Positions 9,506 to 19,176 of a stretch of 36,096 bases of DNA are shown piece by piece. The stretch is taken from assembly GCA_947472705.1 (NCBI GenBank), contig CANJDA010000001.1:1-36096 (forward strand), written 5' to 3'. Each line of letters begins with the position of its first letter. The stretch's first letter is position 1. Position numbers and translations under genes: made by a program. The notes beneath the pieces are model-generated. The model worked only from the letters and a program-made list of their open reading frames with translations, ran no database searches and was not told the origin of the DNA. Source of the stretch: Flavobacteriaceae bacterium. Its GTDB lineage: Bacteria > Bacteroidota > Bacteroidia > Flavobacteriales > Flavobacteriaceae.

Positions 9506-9536
9506 AATCCTTTCCCAATCCGAAAGGATTTTTTTT
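9506..9536 (+). terminator. Intrinsic terminator
   Basis: AATCCTTTC-CCAATCC-GAAAGGATT followed by a T run. Confidence 0.8.
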
Positions 9537-9544
9537 AAATTAAT

Positions 9545-10189
9545 ATGACCATCATAGATAAAACAATACAATTTGTTAGACAACAATTAGAAAATGCCGA
9601 AGGCGGACATGATTGGTTTCATATTGAACGTGTTTATAAAAATGCAATTTTAATTGCCGACGGTAACGATTGTGATTTAACCATTGTTAAGCTAGGAGCT
9701 TTACTTCATGATATTGCCGATAGTAAATTTCATGATGGAGATGAAACACTGGGCCCAAAAATTGCTAGAGCTTTTCTAGAAAATGAAAAAGTTGATGAAA
9801 TTACAATAGCCCATGTCATTAACATCATCGAAAATATTTCGTTTAAGGGTGGAAATTTTGAAAGAAAGTTTAATTCGAAAGAGTTGGAAATCGTTCAAGA
9901 TGCTGACCGTTTAGATGCGCTTGGTGCAATAGGTATAGCTCGCACATTTAATTATGGAGGATTTAAAAATAGAGCGCTTTACAATCCTGCTATTCAGCCA
10001 AATCTCAAGATGAGCAAGGAAGAATACAAAAACACAGAATCGCCAACGCTTAATCATTTCTACGAAAAATTATTGTTGTTAAAAGATAAAATGAACACCG
10101 ATAAAGGTAAAAAAATAGCAGAAGCAAGACATCAATACATGGAAAATTTCCTATCGCAGTTTTATGCTGAATGGGAAGGAGAACGTTAA
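9545..10189 (+). CDS. HD-domain phosphohydrolase (YedJ-like)
   Basis: GHDWFHIERV, ALLHDIAD and VQDADRLDALGAIGIAR motifs. Confidence 0.92.
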   Translation: MTIIDKTIQFVRQQLENAEGGHDWFHIERVYKNAILIADGNDCDLTIVKLGALLHDIADSKFHDGDETLGPKIARAFLENEKVDEITIAHVINIIENISFKGGNFERKFNSKELEIVQDADRLDALGAIGIARTFNYGGFKNRALYNPAIQPNLKMSKEEYKNTESPTLNHFYEKLLLLKDKMNTDKGKKIAEARHQYMENFLSQFYAEWEGER

Positions 10190-10207
10190 TTAACCAATCT
10201 GGATCTT

Positions 10208-10990
10208 TTATTTTCCAGTAAAATTGGCTTTTCTTTTCTCTAAAAATGCGGTAGTTCCTTCTTTAAAATCTTCGGTACCAAAGCATTTTCCAAAGTTTCT
10301 GATTTCGGTTTCGTAGCCGTTGATGCCATCTTTGAAATTAGCATTTATAGCTTTTATAGCTTTCCCAATAGCGGCTGGTGAATTTTTCATTATGCGTTGC
10401 GCTAAGTTTTTAGTAAAGTCTAAAAGTTCGCCTTGAGGTACCACATGATTCACCAACCCAGCACGAAAAGCTTCTTCCGCAGTTATCATTCCAGCGGTCA
10501 TGATCATTTCCATCGCGCGCCCTTTTCCAATTAATTGTGGCAATCTTTGTGTTCCACCATAACCTGGAATAACGCCAAGTGATACTTCGGGTAAACCCAT
10601 TTTGGCATTATCGGAAGCAATTCTGAAATGACATGCCATAGCCAATTCTAATCCGCCACCCAATGCAAATCCGTTTACAGCAGCAATGGTTGGAGTTTTT
10701 AAATTTTCGACAAAATCGAATAACAATTCTTGTCCTTGTGCTGCTAATTGCGCTCCTTCTTCTATAGAAAAATTGGCAAATTCCGAGATATCGGCACCAG
10801 CTACAAAGGCTTTTTCACCTTCACCAGTAACAATAATAACTCTAACATCTTCGCTAGCATCAAGACTTTCTAAAGCATTATGTAATTCCTGAATAGTGGC
10901 TTTATTAAGTGCGTTTAATTTGGTTGGACGATTAATGGTAATTAGTCCAATGCCATTTTCTAGTGCAACAAGGATATTTTCGAAGTTCAT
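10208..10990 (-). CDS. Enoyl-CoA hydratase / crotonase family protein
   Basis: AFVAGADI, ALGGGLELAMACH and GLPEVSLGVIPGYGGTQRL motifs. Confidence 0.95.
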   Translation of the reverse strand: MNFENILVALENGIGLITINRPTKLNALNKATIQELHNALESLDASEDVRVIIVTGEGEKAFVAGADISEFANFSIEEGAQLAAQGQELLFDFVENLKTPTIAAVNGFALGGGLELAMACHFRIASDNAKMGLPEVSLGVIPGYGGTQRLPQLIGKGRAMEMIMTAGMITAEEAFRAGLVNHVVPQGELLDFTKNLAQRIMKNSPAAIGKAIKAINANFKDGINGYETEIRNFGKCFGTEDFKEGTTAFLEKRKANFTGK

Positions 10991-11001
10991 AGGTTGTGTT
11001 T

Positions 11002-12471
11002 TTATTTGACAATAGGAAGGGATACAATAAATGTTGAACCTTTCCCGAGTTCTGTTTCAAAAGTAATAGTTCCTTTGTAATTTTCTATAATGTTTTTAAT
11101 AATTCCTAGTCCCAATCCCATACCGCTAGTTTTGGTAGTAAACTTGGGTTCAAAAACATGTTCTATATGTTCGGGCTCAATGCCGATACCATTATCTTTT
11201 ACTTTAATAATTACATTGTTTTCGATTTCATTTACTGAAATGACCACACTTTTTTCTTCTTGTTCTTCGGGGATGGATTGAATAGCGTTTTTAACTAAAT
11301 TGGTAATAATTCGAATTAATTGTGTTCGATCGAGTTTGGTCACAATATAATTGTTGTTGCTTTCAAAAGAGATAAATTCTTCATTAAAAATATCCAATGC
11401 CAAATCTATTACTTGCACCACATTAAGTGTTTCGTTTTGTTGTGCTGGCATTGAAGCAAAGTTAGAAAAAGCAGAAGCCACAGCACTCATAGTATCAATT
11501 TGCTGAATTAATGTTTTAGAATAATCGTTCAGTTTTTGCTTCAACTCAGGATCATTTGCATCAAATTTTCTTTGAAAACTTTGTACTGTTAAGCGCATAG
11601 GTGTCAATGGATTTTTGATTTCATGTGCCACTTGTTTGGCCATTTCACGCCAAGCCTGTTCACGCTCACTTTGCGCTAGTTTAGTTGCGCTTTCTTCCAG
11701 TTTATCAACCATACCGTTGTATGCTTTAATCAATAAATTGATTTCTTTACTATTGGCCTCAATTACAATTTTCTCGTTCTTTTGATTCAAACTTGTTTCG
11801 TTGATTTTATCGGATATTGTTTTTAACGATTTTGTTATATAGGTTGAAAGAAAGTATGCTAAAGCAAATGCCACTAATAACATAAATGAATATACTTGGC
11901 TTAGGCGTAACAAAAATTGTTGCAATTCATTTTCATAAAAGCCATCGTCTTCAACATAAGGAATATTGAGAATTCCAAGAGGTTTGAATTTATCGTCTTT
12001 TATTTGACTGTAGGAGGAGCGATTTTTAGAACCATTCACATTTTTGATGTCAACATATCTTTTCTCAACCGAAGATTCTACTAAGTTAATAACGTATTTT
12101 GGTATTGGCGGTGCTACTTTATCTACAGAAAACGTGGCTTTAGAAGATTTAAGTAATTTTCCTTTAAGCGAATAAATATTGATATCTACATTATGAATGT
12201 CGGCTAGTTCGTGAATTTTGTCTTTAAATATTAATGGCAAATTAGCTTGCGTTAAGGGATATGTTGTGGTAGAAAGCACATAATTGATGTGTTCTTTTAT
12301 GGCATTTTCTTTTCGGTCTAAACGCTCTTGATGGTATTCTTTAGCTTCATTTTTAAATTGAATAATAGAAATGGAAGCCATTAAAACAGATGCAATCACA
12401 ATCAATATAATCATCGACAGGAAAATCCTGATTCGGAGTGACAGCATTGACATTTTGAAACCGTTAAGCAT
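11002..12471 (-). CDS. Membrane sensor histidine kinase (NtrY-like; two TM segments, HAMP, HisKA, HATPase)
   Basis: AWREMAKQVAHEIKNPLTP H-box, NLVKNA N-box, DNGIG, FEPKFTTK and GMGLGL motifs. The exact start is uncertain. Confidence 0.93.
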   Translation of the reverse strand: MLNGFKMSMLSLRIRIFLSMIILIVIASVLMASISIIQFKNEAKEYHQERLDRKENAIKEHINYVLSTTTYPLTQANLPLIFKDKIHELADIHNVDINIYSLKGKLLKSSKATFSVDKVAPPIPKYVINLVESSVEKRYVDIKNVNGSKNRSSYSQIKDDKFKPLGILNIPYVEDDGFYENELQQFLLRLSQVYSFMLLVAFALAYFLSTYITKSLKTISDKINETSLNQKNEKIVIEANSKEINLLIKAYNGMVDKLEESATKLAQSEREQAWREMAKQVAHEIKNPLTPMRLTVQSFQRKFDANDPELKQKLNDYSKTLIQQIDTMSAVASAFSNFASMPAQQNETLNVVQVIDLALDIFNEEFISFESNNNYIVTKLDRTQLIRIITNLVKNAIQSIPEEQEEKSVVISVNEIENNVIIKVKDNGIGIEPEHIEHVFEPKFTTKTSGMGLGLGIIKNIIENYKGTITFETELGKGSTFIVSLPIVK

Positions 12472-12474
12472 GGT

Positions 12475-13020
12475 TTAGGAATTGTTTTTTTCTCGAATTC
12501 GTTTATAAAATTTAAAGCCTAACATAATTAAAACCGAAAACAAAATGATTCCGATTACACCATAAATCCAGTTGAAAGCATTCTTTAAAATTACTAAAAA
12601 AACCACTGCAAAAAGGATAATAGTTGCTCCTTCATTCCATAATCGCATAAAGTTAGAGGTATACTTTACATCATCATTTTGTAACTGCTTATATATTTGG
12701 TGGCATTTGAAATGATAGGCAAATAATAAAACTACAAATCCTAATTTGACATGCATCCAAGGCATTTGCAACCACACCGGCATTAACCACAATAACCAAA
12801 TAGCAAAAATTGTTGCCAAAACCGCACTCGGCCAAGTGATGATATACCACAAGCGATAGGTCATGATTTTGTATTGCTTTTGCAAAATTTCCTTCTCGGG
12901 AGAGGGTTTGTCATTAGCTTCAATTTGGTACACAAACAAACGAACAATATAAAACAATCCTGCAAACCAAGTGATTACAAAAATGAGGTGCAATGATTTT
13001 ATGTAGTTGTAGAATTCCAT
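12475..13020 (-). CDS. hemJ: Protoporphyrinogen IX oxidase HemJ (CopD/UPF0093 family)
   Basis: KSLHLIFVITWFAGLFYIVRLFVY, WMHVKL and RLWNE motifs; adjacent to hemH. Confidence 0.9.
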   Translation of the reverse strand: MEFYNYIKSLHLIFVITWFAGLFYIVRLFVYQIEANDKPSPEKEILQKQYKIMTYRLWYIITWPSAVLATIFAIWLLWLMPVWLQMPWMHVKLGFVVLLFAYHFKCHQIYKQLQNDDVKYTSNFMRLWNEGATIILFAVVFLVILKNAFNWIYGVIGIILFSVLIMLGFKFYKRIREKNNS

Positions 13021-13025
13021 AATTT

Positions 13026-14039
13026 TTATTTAGCCCAATCTTTAACCCAATTGGCAACCACTTGACACCATTCGTCATCATCGTTTAAACAAGGAACAGC
13101 AAAGAATTCTTCGCCTCCATGTTCTTTGAAATCTTCGTTAGCACGCATGGCAATTTCTTCCAAAGTTTCTAAACAATCCGACACAAAAGCTGGAGTTACT
13201 ACTGCTAATTTTTTAATGCCTTTTTCGGGCATTAAATTGATTTCAACATCGGTATAAGGAGTGAGCCATTTGTCTCCCGCCAAGCGTGATTGGAAAGTTT
13301 GACTGTATTTTCCTTCTGGAATGCCAAGTAATTCAACCACTTGTCTTGTGGTTTCATAACATTGATGACGGTAGCAAAATTCATGCGCTGGAGAAGCGGT
13401 TACACAACATTTATTGTCAATAGTACAATGTGATTTGGTGACATCCGTCTTGCGAATATGACGTTTCGGAATACCATGATAAGAAAACAATAAATGATCA
13501 TATTCAAACCCTTCCAAATGTTTTTTGATGGAATGGGCTAAGGTTTTTATAAAATCGGGTTTGTTGTAAAAAGCAGGAACCTTGGTTATTGTCATTTCTG
13601 GGAAATGCGATTTTTGCAATTCGTCAGCCAATGCCCATATAGTAGTGGTGGATGCCATCGCATATTGCGGATATAAAGCCAATAACATCACTTCAGTTAC
13701 ACCTTTGTCTTTTAGTTCTTGTAATCCTTTTTGAATAGACATAGAGCCATAGCGCATAGCTAAAGCTACAGGGACATCAACAAGTTTTTCTACTTTTTGG
13801 TGCATTTTTTTGGAAAACACAATTAGAGGAGAACCTTCATCTGTCCAAATTTGGCTATAGGCATGAGCTGATTTCTTAGGTCGGGTTTGTAAAATAATAC
13901 CTCGAACTAACAAGGCACGCAATAAAAATGGTACGTCAATCACGTATTTATCCATTAAAAATTCATCTAAATAAGGCTTTACGTCTTTTGGTGTTGGGCT
14001 TTCAGGCGAGCCTAAATTAACTAATAATACTCCTTTCAT
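13026..14039 (-). CDS. hemH: Ferrochelatase
   Basis: GVLLVNLGSP, LYPQY, LFSYHGIP, FQSR, WLTPYT and FVSDCLETLEEI motifs. Confidence 0.98.
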   Translation of the reverse strand: MKGVLLVNLGSPESPTPKDVKPYLDEFLMDKYVIDVPFLLRALLVRGIILQTRPKKSAHAYSQIWTDEGSPLIVFSKKMHQKVEKLVDVPVALAMRYGSMSIQKGLQELKDKGVTEVMLLALYPQYAMASTTTIWALADELQKSHFPEMTITKVPAFYNKPDFIKTLAHSIKKHLEGFEYDHLLFSYHGIPKRHIRKTDVTKSHCTIDNKCCVTASPAHEFCYRHQCYETTRQVVELLGIPEGKYSQTFQSRLAGDKWLTPYTDVEINLMPEKGIKKLAVVTPAFVSDCLETLEEIAMRANEDFKEHGGEEFFAVPCLNDDDEWCQVVANWVKDWAK

Positions 14040-14134
14040 TTTGGCAATTTTAATTTTTTAAAAGTAATAAAACTTCTTTTTTGGCTTTGGTTGCATTTAA
14101 TTTTTTATTGATACTCGCATACACGAGATTGATG

Positions 14135-15010
14135 TTACCCAGTATTTTGATTGATAGACATTAAATATTTTTTGGGAGTCGTTGCAAATTTTTTCTTGAA
14201 AGCAGCAATGAAATGGCTTCCGGTGCTGTAACCTATTTTCAATCCAACTTCATTTACATTATAGGAACCAGAATCCAATAAACGCCTTGCATAATCCATT
14301 TTATAATCGAATAAAAAGCCATAAACGGTGTCGCCATAAATTTGCTTGAAACCCATTTTTAGTTTTTTCAAATTCAACCCAATTTCATCAGCCAGTTCTT
14401 GTAAACCAGGCGGTTCTGTCATGTTGGCGATGATGATTTCTTTGGCTTTTTTTATTTTCATCACATTGTCTTCATCAATAAGGAATGGACATTGCTCTGC
14501 ATTTGGGTCCTCATTTCGGTTAAAATACAAACTCAACAACTCATAGCCTTTGCCTTTATAGTACAAATTTTTTATAGAAGGATTAAGTGTGTAATGAAAC
14601 ATTTGACTCAAAACAATAGCCATTGACGGACTGACATTCTCTTCTTTATAATATTTTTTATCGTTGTTCTCCGGACTAAGAAACGGAATATGATTCGCTT
14701 GATTAGTAAACAAAGAATGGAACTTTTGGATAGAAACAATAACCGATATCACCCAAGAATTAGGCGCTAATTCCAAATCTAAAGGCAATTCTTTTTGAGG
14801 ATTGTAGAACAATAAAGACTTTTCTTCATTCAAATCTAAAGCATAAGTACCTTCATTAAAAACGAATTTTGCTTTGCCTTTGATGCCAAAGTGAAATTGG
14901 ATAAGCCCTTGCTGGATGTGCTTTTTTACGTGAAAATTTTCATTTTCATCGTTTTGAAACCTAATTAGGGTAAAGTCATTTTCAATTGTTATTATTTCCT
15001 GAGAACCCAT
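14135..15010 (-). CDS. AraC-family transcriptional regulator (PchR/YbtA-like architecture)
   Basis: C-terminal double HTH: PPGLQELADEIGLNLKKLKMGFKQIYG...VNEVGLKIGYSTGSHFIAAFKKKFATTP. Confidence 0.93.
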   Translation of the reverse strand: MGSQEIITIENDFTLIRFQNDENENFHVKKHIQQGLIQFHFGIKGKAKFVFNEGTYALDLNEEKSLLFYNPQKELPLDLELAPNSWVISVIVSIQKFHSLFTNQANHIPFLSPENNDKKYYKEENVSPSMAIVLSQMFHYTLNPSIKNLYYKGKGYELLSLYFNRNEDPNAEQCPFLIDEDNVMKIKKAKEIIIANMTEPPGLQELADEIGLNLKKLKMGFKQIYGDTVYGFLFDYKMDYARRLLDSGSYNVNEVGLKIGYSTGSHFIAAFKKKFATTPKKYLMSINQNTG

Positions 15011-15053
15011 AGCGACATTTTTTTGGACATGATTGAGATGCCAAGCAAAATTA

Positions 15054-15076
15054 TTATTTAGAATGAATCTATATAA
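15054..15076. promoter_or_regulatory. 11-1-11 imperfect palindrome, candidate metal-responsive (Fur-like) operator
   Basis: TTATTTAGAAT-G-AATCTATATAA, 9 of 11 positions paired. It abuts a minus-strand TAATTTTG (15046-15053) and lies downstream of a minus-strand TAAATTTG (15104-15111). Confidence 0.55.
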
Positions 15077-15205
15077 AAAATTTGTGAGTACTTGATTTCA
15101 TTGCAAATTTATGATAAATAACGCTAAAAAGATATTTACACTATAAAATATCTCAGAGCGACACAAAAAGTCCCTCAAGCGTTACTTTTATAAAAAGGAT
15201 AGTGA

Positions 15206-15213
15206 TAATTTTG
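15206..15213 (+). promoter_or_regulatory. -7 element (TAATTTTG) of the hemA operon
   Basis: TAnnTTTG match 25 nt upstream of the hemA ATG. Confidence 0.6.
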
Positions 15214-15238
15214 TTTAACTTTTTAAGGAAAGTAGGAT

Positions 15239-16498
15239 ATGGAAAATTTTAATATGACGAAACACACTTCTTTTTACGCCGTTGGATTAAGTTATAAAAA
15301 AGCAGATGCTGAGATTAGAGGAAAGTTCAGTTTAGATGCTAAAGCCAAAGCAACTCTTTTGATGCAAGCCGAAGCGGAAGGAATTGAAGCCTTAATCGTT
15401 ACTTCCACCTGTAACCGAACCGAAATTTATGGTTTCGCCAACCATCCCTACGAATTAATCAAATTAATTTGTGAAAATAGTCAAGGAACAGTTCCTGAAT
15501 TTCAGGAAGTGGCTTATATTTATAAAAATCAGGAAGCGATAAACCATATGTTTCGTGTAGGAACCGGTTTAGACAGTCAGATTTTAGGTGATTTTGAAAT
15601 CATTAGTCAAATCAAAACTGCTTTTAACGAAAGCAAATCAAACGGTTTGGTGAATGCTTTTTTGGAAAGATTAGTGAATTCTGTTATTCAAGCCAGTAAA
15701 AAAATAAAAACAGATACAGAGATTTCTTCAGGGGCCACTTCGGTTTCATTTGCATCGGTGCAATATATTATTAGAAACGTGGAAGACATTGCCAATAAAA
15801 ATATTTTGCTTTTTGGCACTGGAAAAATCGGCCGAAACACTTGCGAAAATTTGGTAAAACACACCAAACACGAACAAATTACTTTAATCAATAGAACTAA
15901 AGATAAAGCCGAAAAGTTAGCGCAAAAACTGGATTTAGTGGTTAAAGATTATGCCGATTTACAACTAGAATTGCAAAAAGCAGATGTGGTTGTAGTAGCA
16001 ACTGGCGCGCAAAATCCAACCATAGATAAGGCAATTTTAAATTTAAAAAAACCATTGTTGATTTTAGATTTATCGATTCCTAAAAATGTGCATGAAAATG
16101 TGAAAGAAATAAATGAAGTGACTTTGATTCACTTAGACCATCTTTCTCAAATGACTGATGAAACTTTAGAAAATCGTAAACTACACATTCCTGCCGCTGA
16201 AGAAATTATTGAAGAAATCAAAGAGGAATTTATCGAGTGGATGAAAAACCGAAAATTTGCACCAACCATTCAAGCTTTAAAAGAAAAACTAAATTCGATA
16301 AAGGAAGGCGAATTAAATGTACAACGTAAAAAGCTATCCAATTTCGATGAAGAGCAAGCTGAATTAATCAGCAACCGAATCATTCAAAAAATCACTAACC
16401 ATTTTGTAAACCATTTAAAAGACGGCGACTCTATGGATGAAGGAATAGAATGGATTGAAAAAGTTTTTCAATTAGACCAAGAAAAATCATTCTTTTAA
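15239..16498 (+). CDS. hemA: Glutamyl-tRNA reductase
   Basis: STCNRTEIY catalytic Cys, GLDSQILGDFEI and GTGKIG NADPH-binding motifs. Confidence 0.98.
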   Translation: MENFNMTKHTSFYAVGLSYKKADAEIRGKFSLDAKAKATLLMQAEAEGIEALIVTSTCNRTEIYGFANHPYELIKLICENSQGTVPEFQEVAYIYKNQEAINHMFRVGTGLDSQILGDFEIISQIKTAFNESKSNGLVNAFLERLVNSVIQASKKIKTDTEISSGATSVSFASVQYIIRNVEDIANKNILLFGTGKIGRNTCENLVKHTKHEQITLINRTKDKAEKLAQKLDLVVKDYADLQLELQKADVVVVATGAQNPTIDKAILNLKKPLLILDLSIPKNVHENVKEINEVTLIHLDHLSQMTDETLENRKLHIPAAEEIIEEIKEEFIEWMKNRKFAPTIQALKEKLNSIKEGELNVQRKKLSNFDEEQAELISNRIIQKITNHFVNHLKDGDSMDEGIEWIEKVFQLDQEKSFF

Positions 16499-16542
16499 TT
16501 GTTGTCTTACTTAGCGACTTTAGTATAAAACAAAACAGCAAA

Positions 16543-17478
16543 GTGACTGAAAAAATCATACGCATAGGAACTCGCGATAGCGAACTCGCACTTTGGCAAG
16601 CCCATACCGTTCAAAAAAAACTAAACGATTTAGGCTATAAAACCGAAATCGTGGCAGTTAAATCACAAGGCGATATCATTCTCGACAAACCTTTATACGA
16701 ACTCGGCATCACCGGAATATTCACCAAAACGTTAGATATAGCCATGATTAATGGGCAAGTGGATATTGCTGTGCATTCGATGAAAGATGTGCCAACGGCT
16801 CTGCCAATTGGTATTGTGCAAGCTGCTGTCTTAGAAAGAGCGAACGTATTAGACATTTTAGTTCATAAAGGGAATTTAGAATTTTTAGAAAGTAACGGAA
16901 TTATTGCAACAGGAAGTCTACGTAGACAAGCTCAATGGCTGAATAAGTATCCCAATCACACTGTTGTAGATTTGCGTGGAAACGTTAATACACGCATGCA
17001 AAAATTGAAAGACAATAATTGGAGCGGAGCTGTATTTGCTGCAGCCGGCTTAGAAAGAATCAACCTGAAACCCGAAACTTTTATCGATTTAGATTGGATG
17101 ATTCCAGCCCCAGCTCAAGGGGCCATGATAGTGGTGGCCATGGGAAATGACAATTTTACTATTGATGCAGTATCTCAATTAAATGATATAGAAACCGAAA
17201 TTTGCACCTTTATCGAAAGGCAATTTTTGAGAACATTAGAAGGGGGATGTACCGCTCCGATTGGTGCTTTAGCCAAATATAATGAGAGTGATGATGTAAT
17301 AAAATTTCAAGGCGTATTATTGTCATTAGACGGAAAGCAAAAAATAGAAGTCAATAAATTAGTTCCAATTGAAGAATGGAAAAAAACAGGGTTTCATGCT
17401 GCTCAGGAAATTCTTGAAAATGGAGGTAATGAAATCATGAATGAACTAAGAAAACATCTTAAACCGAATGTAAACTAG
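16543..17478 (+). CDS. hemC: Hydroxymethylbilane synthase (porphobilinogen deaminase)
   Basis: IGTRDSELALWQA, AVHSMKDVP, SLRR, LRGNVNTR and LEGGCTAPIG motifs. GTG start. Confidence 0.98.
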   Translation: MTEKIIRIGTRDSELALWQAHTVQKKLNDLGYKTEIVAVKSQGDIILDKPLYELGITGIFTKTLDIAMINGQVDIAVHSMKDVPTALPIGIVQAAVLERANVLDILVHKGNLEFLESNGIIATGSLRRQAQWLNKYPNHTVVDLRGNVNTRMQKLKDNNWSGAVFAAAGLERINLKPETFIDLDWMIPAPAQGAMIVVAMGNDNFTIDAVSQLNDIETEICTFIERQFLRTLEGGCTAPIGALAKYNESDDVIKFQGVLLSLDGKQKIEVNKLVPIEEWKKTGFHAAQEILENGGNEIMNELRKHLKPNVN

Positions 17479-17480
17479 TG

Positions 17481-18149
17481 ATGGAAAATCAAATTCGCAT
17501 AGTGTCAACCAAAAAGCTTTTAGAAAAACAAAAGCAACAATTGTTGAGCGCGAATTTTATAGTTGTTGAGGAAGATTTTATTGCGGTTAAAAACAAAGAT
17601 TTTGAGATTAAAACCATAAATGATTACCTTATTTTCACAAGTCAAAATGCGGTAGATAGTGTTCTTTTAAATAATGATATTGCTAAAATAAAAACAAAAA
17701 AATGTTTTTGTGTTGGTAGTAAAACAAAAGCATTACTTGAAGAAAACGGTTTTATAATAGAAGCTCATTCGGAATATGCGGCAGAATTAGCTTCAATAAT
17801 TTGTAACAATTATATGAATAACAGTTTTACTTTTTTTAGTGGAAATCTACGCCGTGATATTTTACCTGATTCGATGACATTGGCTAAAATTAATTGGGAA
17901 GAAATAATTGTTTATGAAACGCTTTTGACTTCCCATAAAATAGAAATTCAACCAAATGGTGTTCTTTTTTTTAGCCCTTCAGGCGCTGAAAGTTATATGC
18001 AAGAAAACCGAATTGAAGACGAAATTTGTTTTTGCATAGGCAATACTACTGCAGAAGCTTTGAAATATGCTACACCCAATATTATTATTGCAAATCAACC
18101 CACAATAGAAAGTACCATTATAAAATGTTTAGAATATTATAAAAAATAA
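17481..18149 (+). CDS. hemD: Uroporphyrinogen-III synthase
   Basis: [23 protein letters not shown] and CIGNTTA motifs; located between hemC and hemE. Confidence 0.93.
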   Translation: MENQIRIVSTKKLLEKQKQQLLSANFIVVEEDFIAVKNKDFEIKTINDYLIFTSQNAVDSVLLNNDIAKIKTKKCFCVGSKTKALLEENGFIIEAHSEYAAELASIICNNYMNNSFTFFSGNLRRDILPDSMTLAKINWEEIIVYETLLTSHKIEIQPNGVLFFSPSGAESYMQENRIEDEICFCIGNTTAEALKYATPNIIIANQPTIESTIIKCLEYYKK

Positions 18150-18150
18150 A

Positions 18151-19176
18151 ATGATTAAAAACGACCTTTTTTTAAGAGCCTTAAATAACGAAACCGTTGA
18201 ACGACCGCCCGTTTGGATGATGCGTCAGGCAGGAAGATATTTGCCAGAATTCAGAGCTTTGCGCGACAAATACGATTTCTTTACCCGTTGTGAAACGCCT
18301 GAATTAGCTGCCGAAATCACGGTACAACCCATCCGAATTGTTAAGCCTGATGCTGCTATTTTATTTTCTGATATTCTTGTTGTGCCAAGAGCTATGGGAA
18401 TTCATGTTGAACTCAAAGATAATTTGGGACCTATAATTCCAAACCCAATTCGGACCATGGAACAAGTGAATCAGGTTTTTGTTCCCGATGTAAATGAAAC
18501 GCTAGGCTATGTTTTTGATGCCATTAAACTAACCAAAGAAATGCTAAACGATGAGGTGCCGTTGATTGGTTTTGCCGGTTCTCCTTGGACAATCTTCTGT
18601 TATGCCGTTGAAGGTAAAGGGTCAAAAAGTTTTGACACTGCCAAAGGATTTTGTTTCTCCAATCCAGTAGCCGCACATACTTTGCTTCAAAAAATCACCG
18701 ATACGACCATTTTATATCTAAAAGAAAAAGTAAAAGCTGGTTGTAATGCCATTCAGATTTTTGATTCCTGGGGAGGGATGCTTTCTCCAGTTGATTATCA
18801 AGAATTCTCTTGGCAATACATTAATCAAATTGTAGAAGCCTTAGCTGAAGAAACCAAAGTAATTGTGTTTGGTAAAGGTTGCTGGTTTGCTTTGAATGAT
18901 ATGGCAAAATCTAAAGCTTCTGCCTTAGGAGTTGATTGGACTTGTTCAGCCAGAAATGCTCGTTATTTATCAGGTGGAAAAATTACGTTACAAGGAAATT
19001 TTGACCCATCAAGATTACTTTCTCCAATTCCAACCATTAAAAAAATGGTGCATCAAATGATAGACGAATTCGGAAAAGATAATTACATCGTAAACTTAGG
19101 CCATGGTATTTTACCAAACATTCCGGTAGACCATGCCAAAGCTTTTATCGAAGCAGTGAAAGAATACAAACAATAA
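18151..19176 (+). CDS. hemE: Uroporphyrinogen decarboxylase
   Basis: [34 protein letters not shown] and NLGHGI motifs. Confidence 0.98.
   Translation: MIKNDLFLRALNNETVERPPVWMMRQAGRYLPEFRALRDKYDFFTRCETPELAAEITVQPIRIVKPDAAILFSDILVVPRAMGIHVELKDNLGPIIPNPIRTMEQVNQVFVPDVNETLGYVFDAIKLTKEMLNDEVPLIGFAGSPWTIFCYAVEGKGSKSFDTAKGFCFSNPVAAHTLLQKITDTTILYLKEKVKAGCNAIQIFDSWGGMLSPVDYQEFSWQYINQIVEALAEETKVIVFGKGCWFALNDMAKSKASALGVDWTCSARNARYLSGGKITLQGNFDPSRLLSPIPTIKKMVHQMIDEFGKDNYIVNLGHGILPNIPVDHAKAFIEAVKEYKQ

Noticed and set aside
14060-14100. GCAACC on the minus strand upstream of hemH as a second ECF promoter
   Set aside because: There is no matching C(A/G)TC -10 element at the expected spacing.
16499-16542. 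CTTACTTAGCGACTTTAG between hemA and hemC as a possible remnant of a short tandem array or AraC site
   Set aside because: Too short and degenerate to distinguish from chance.
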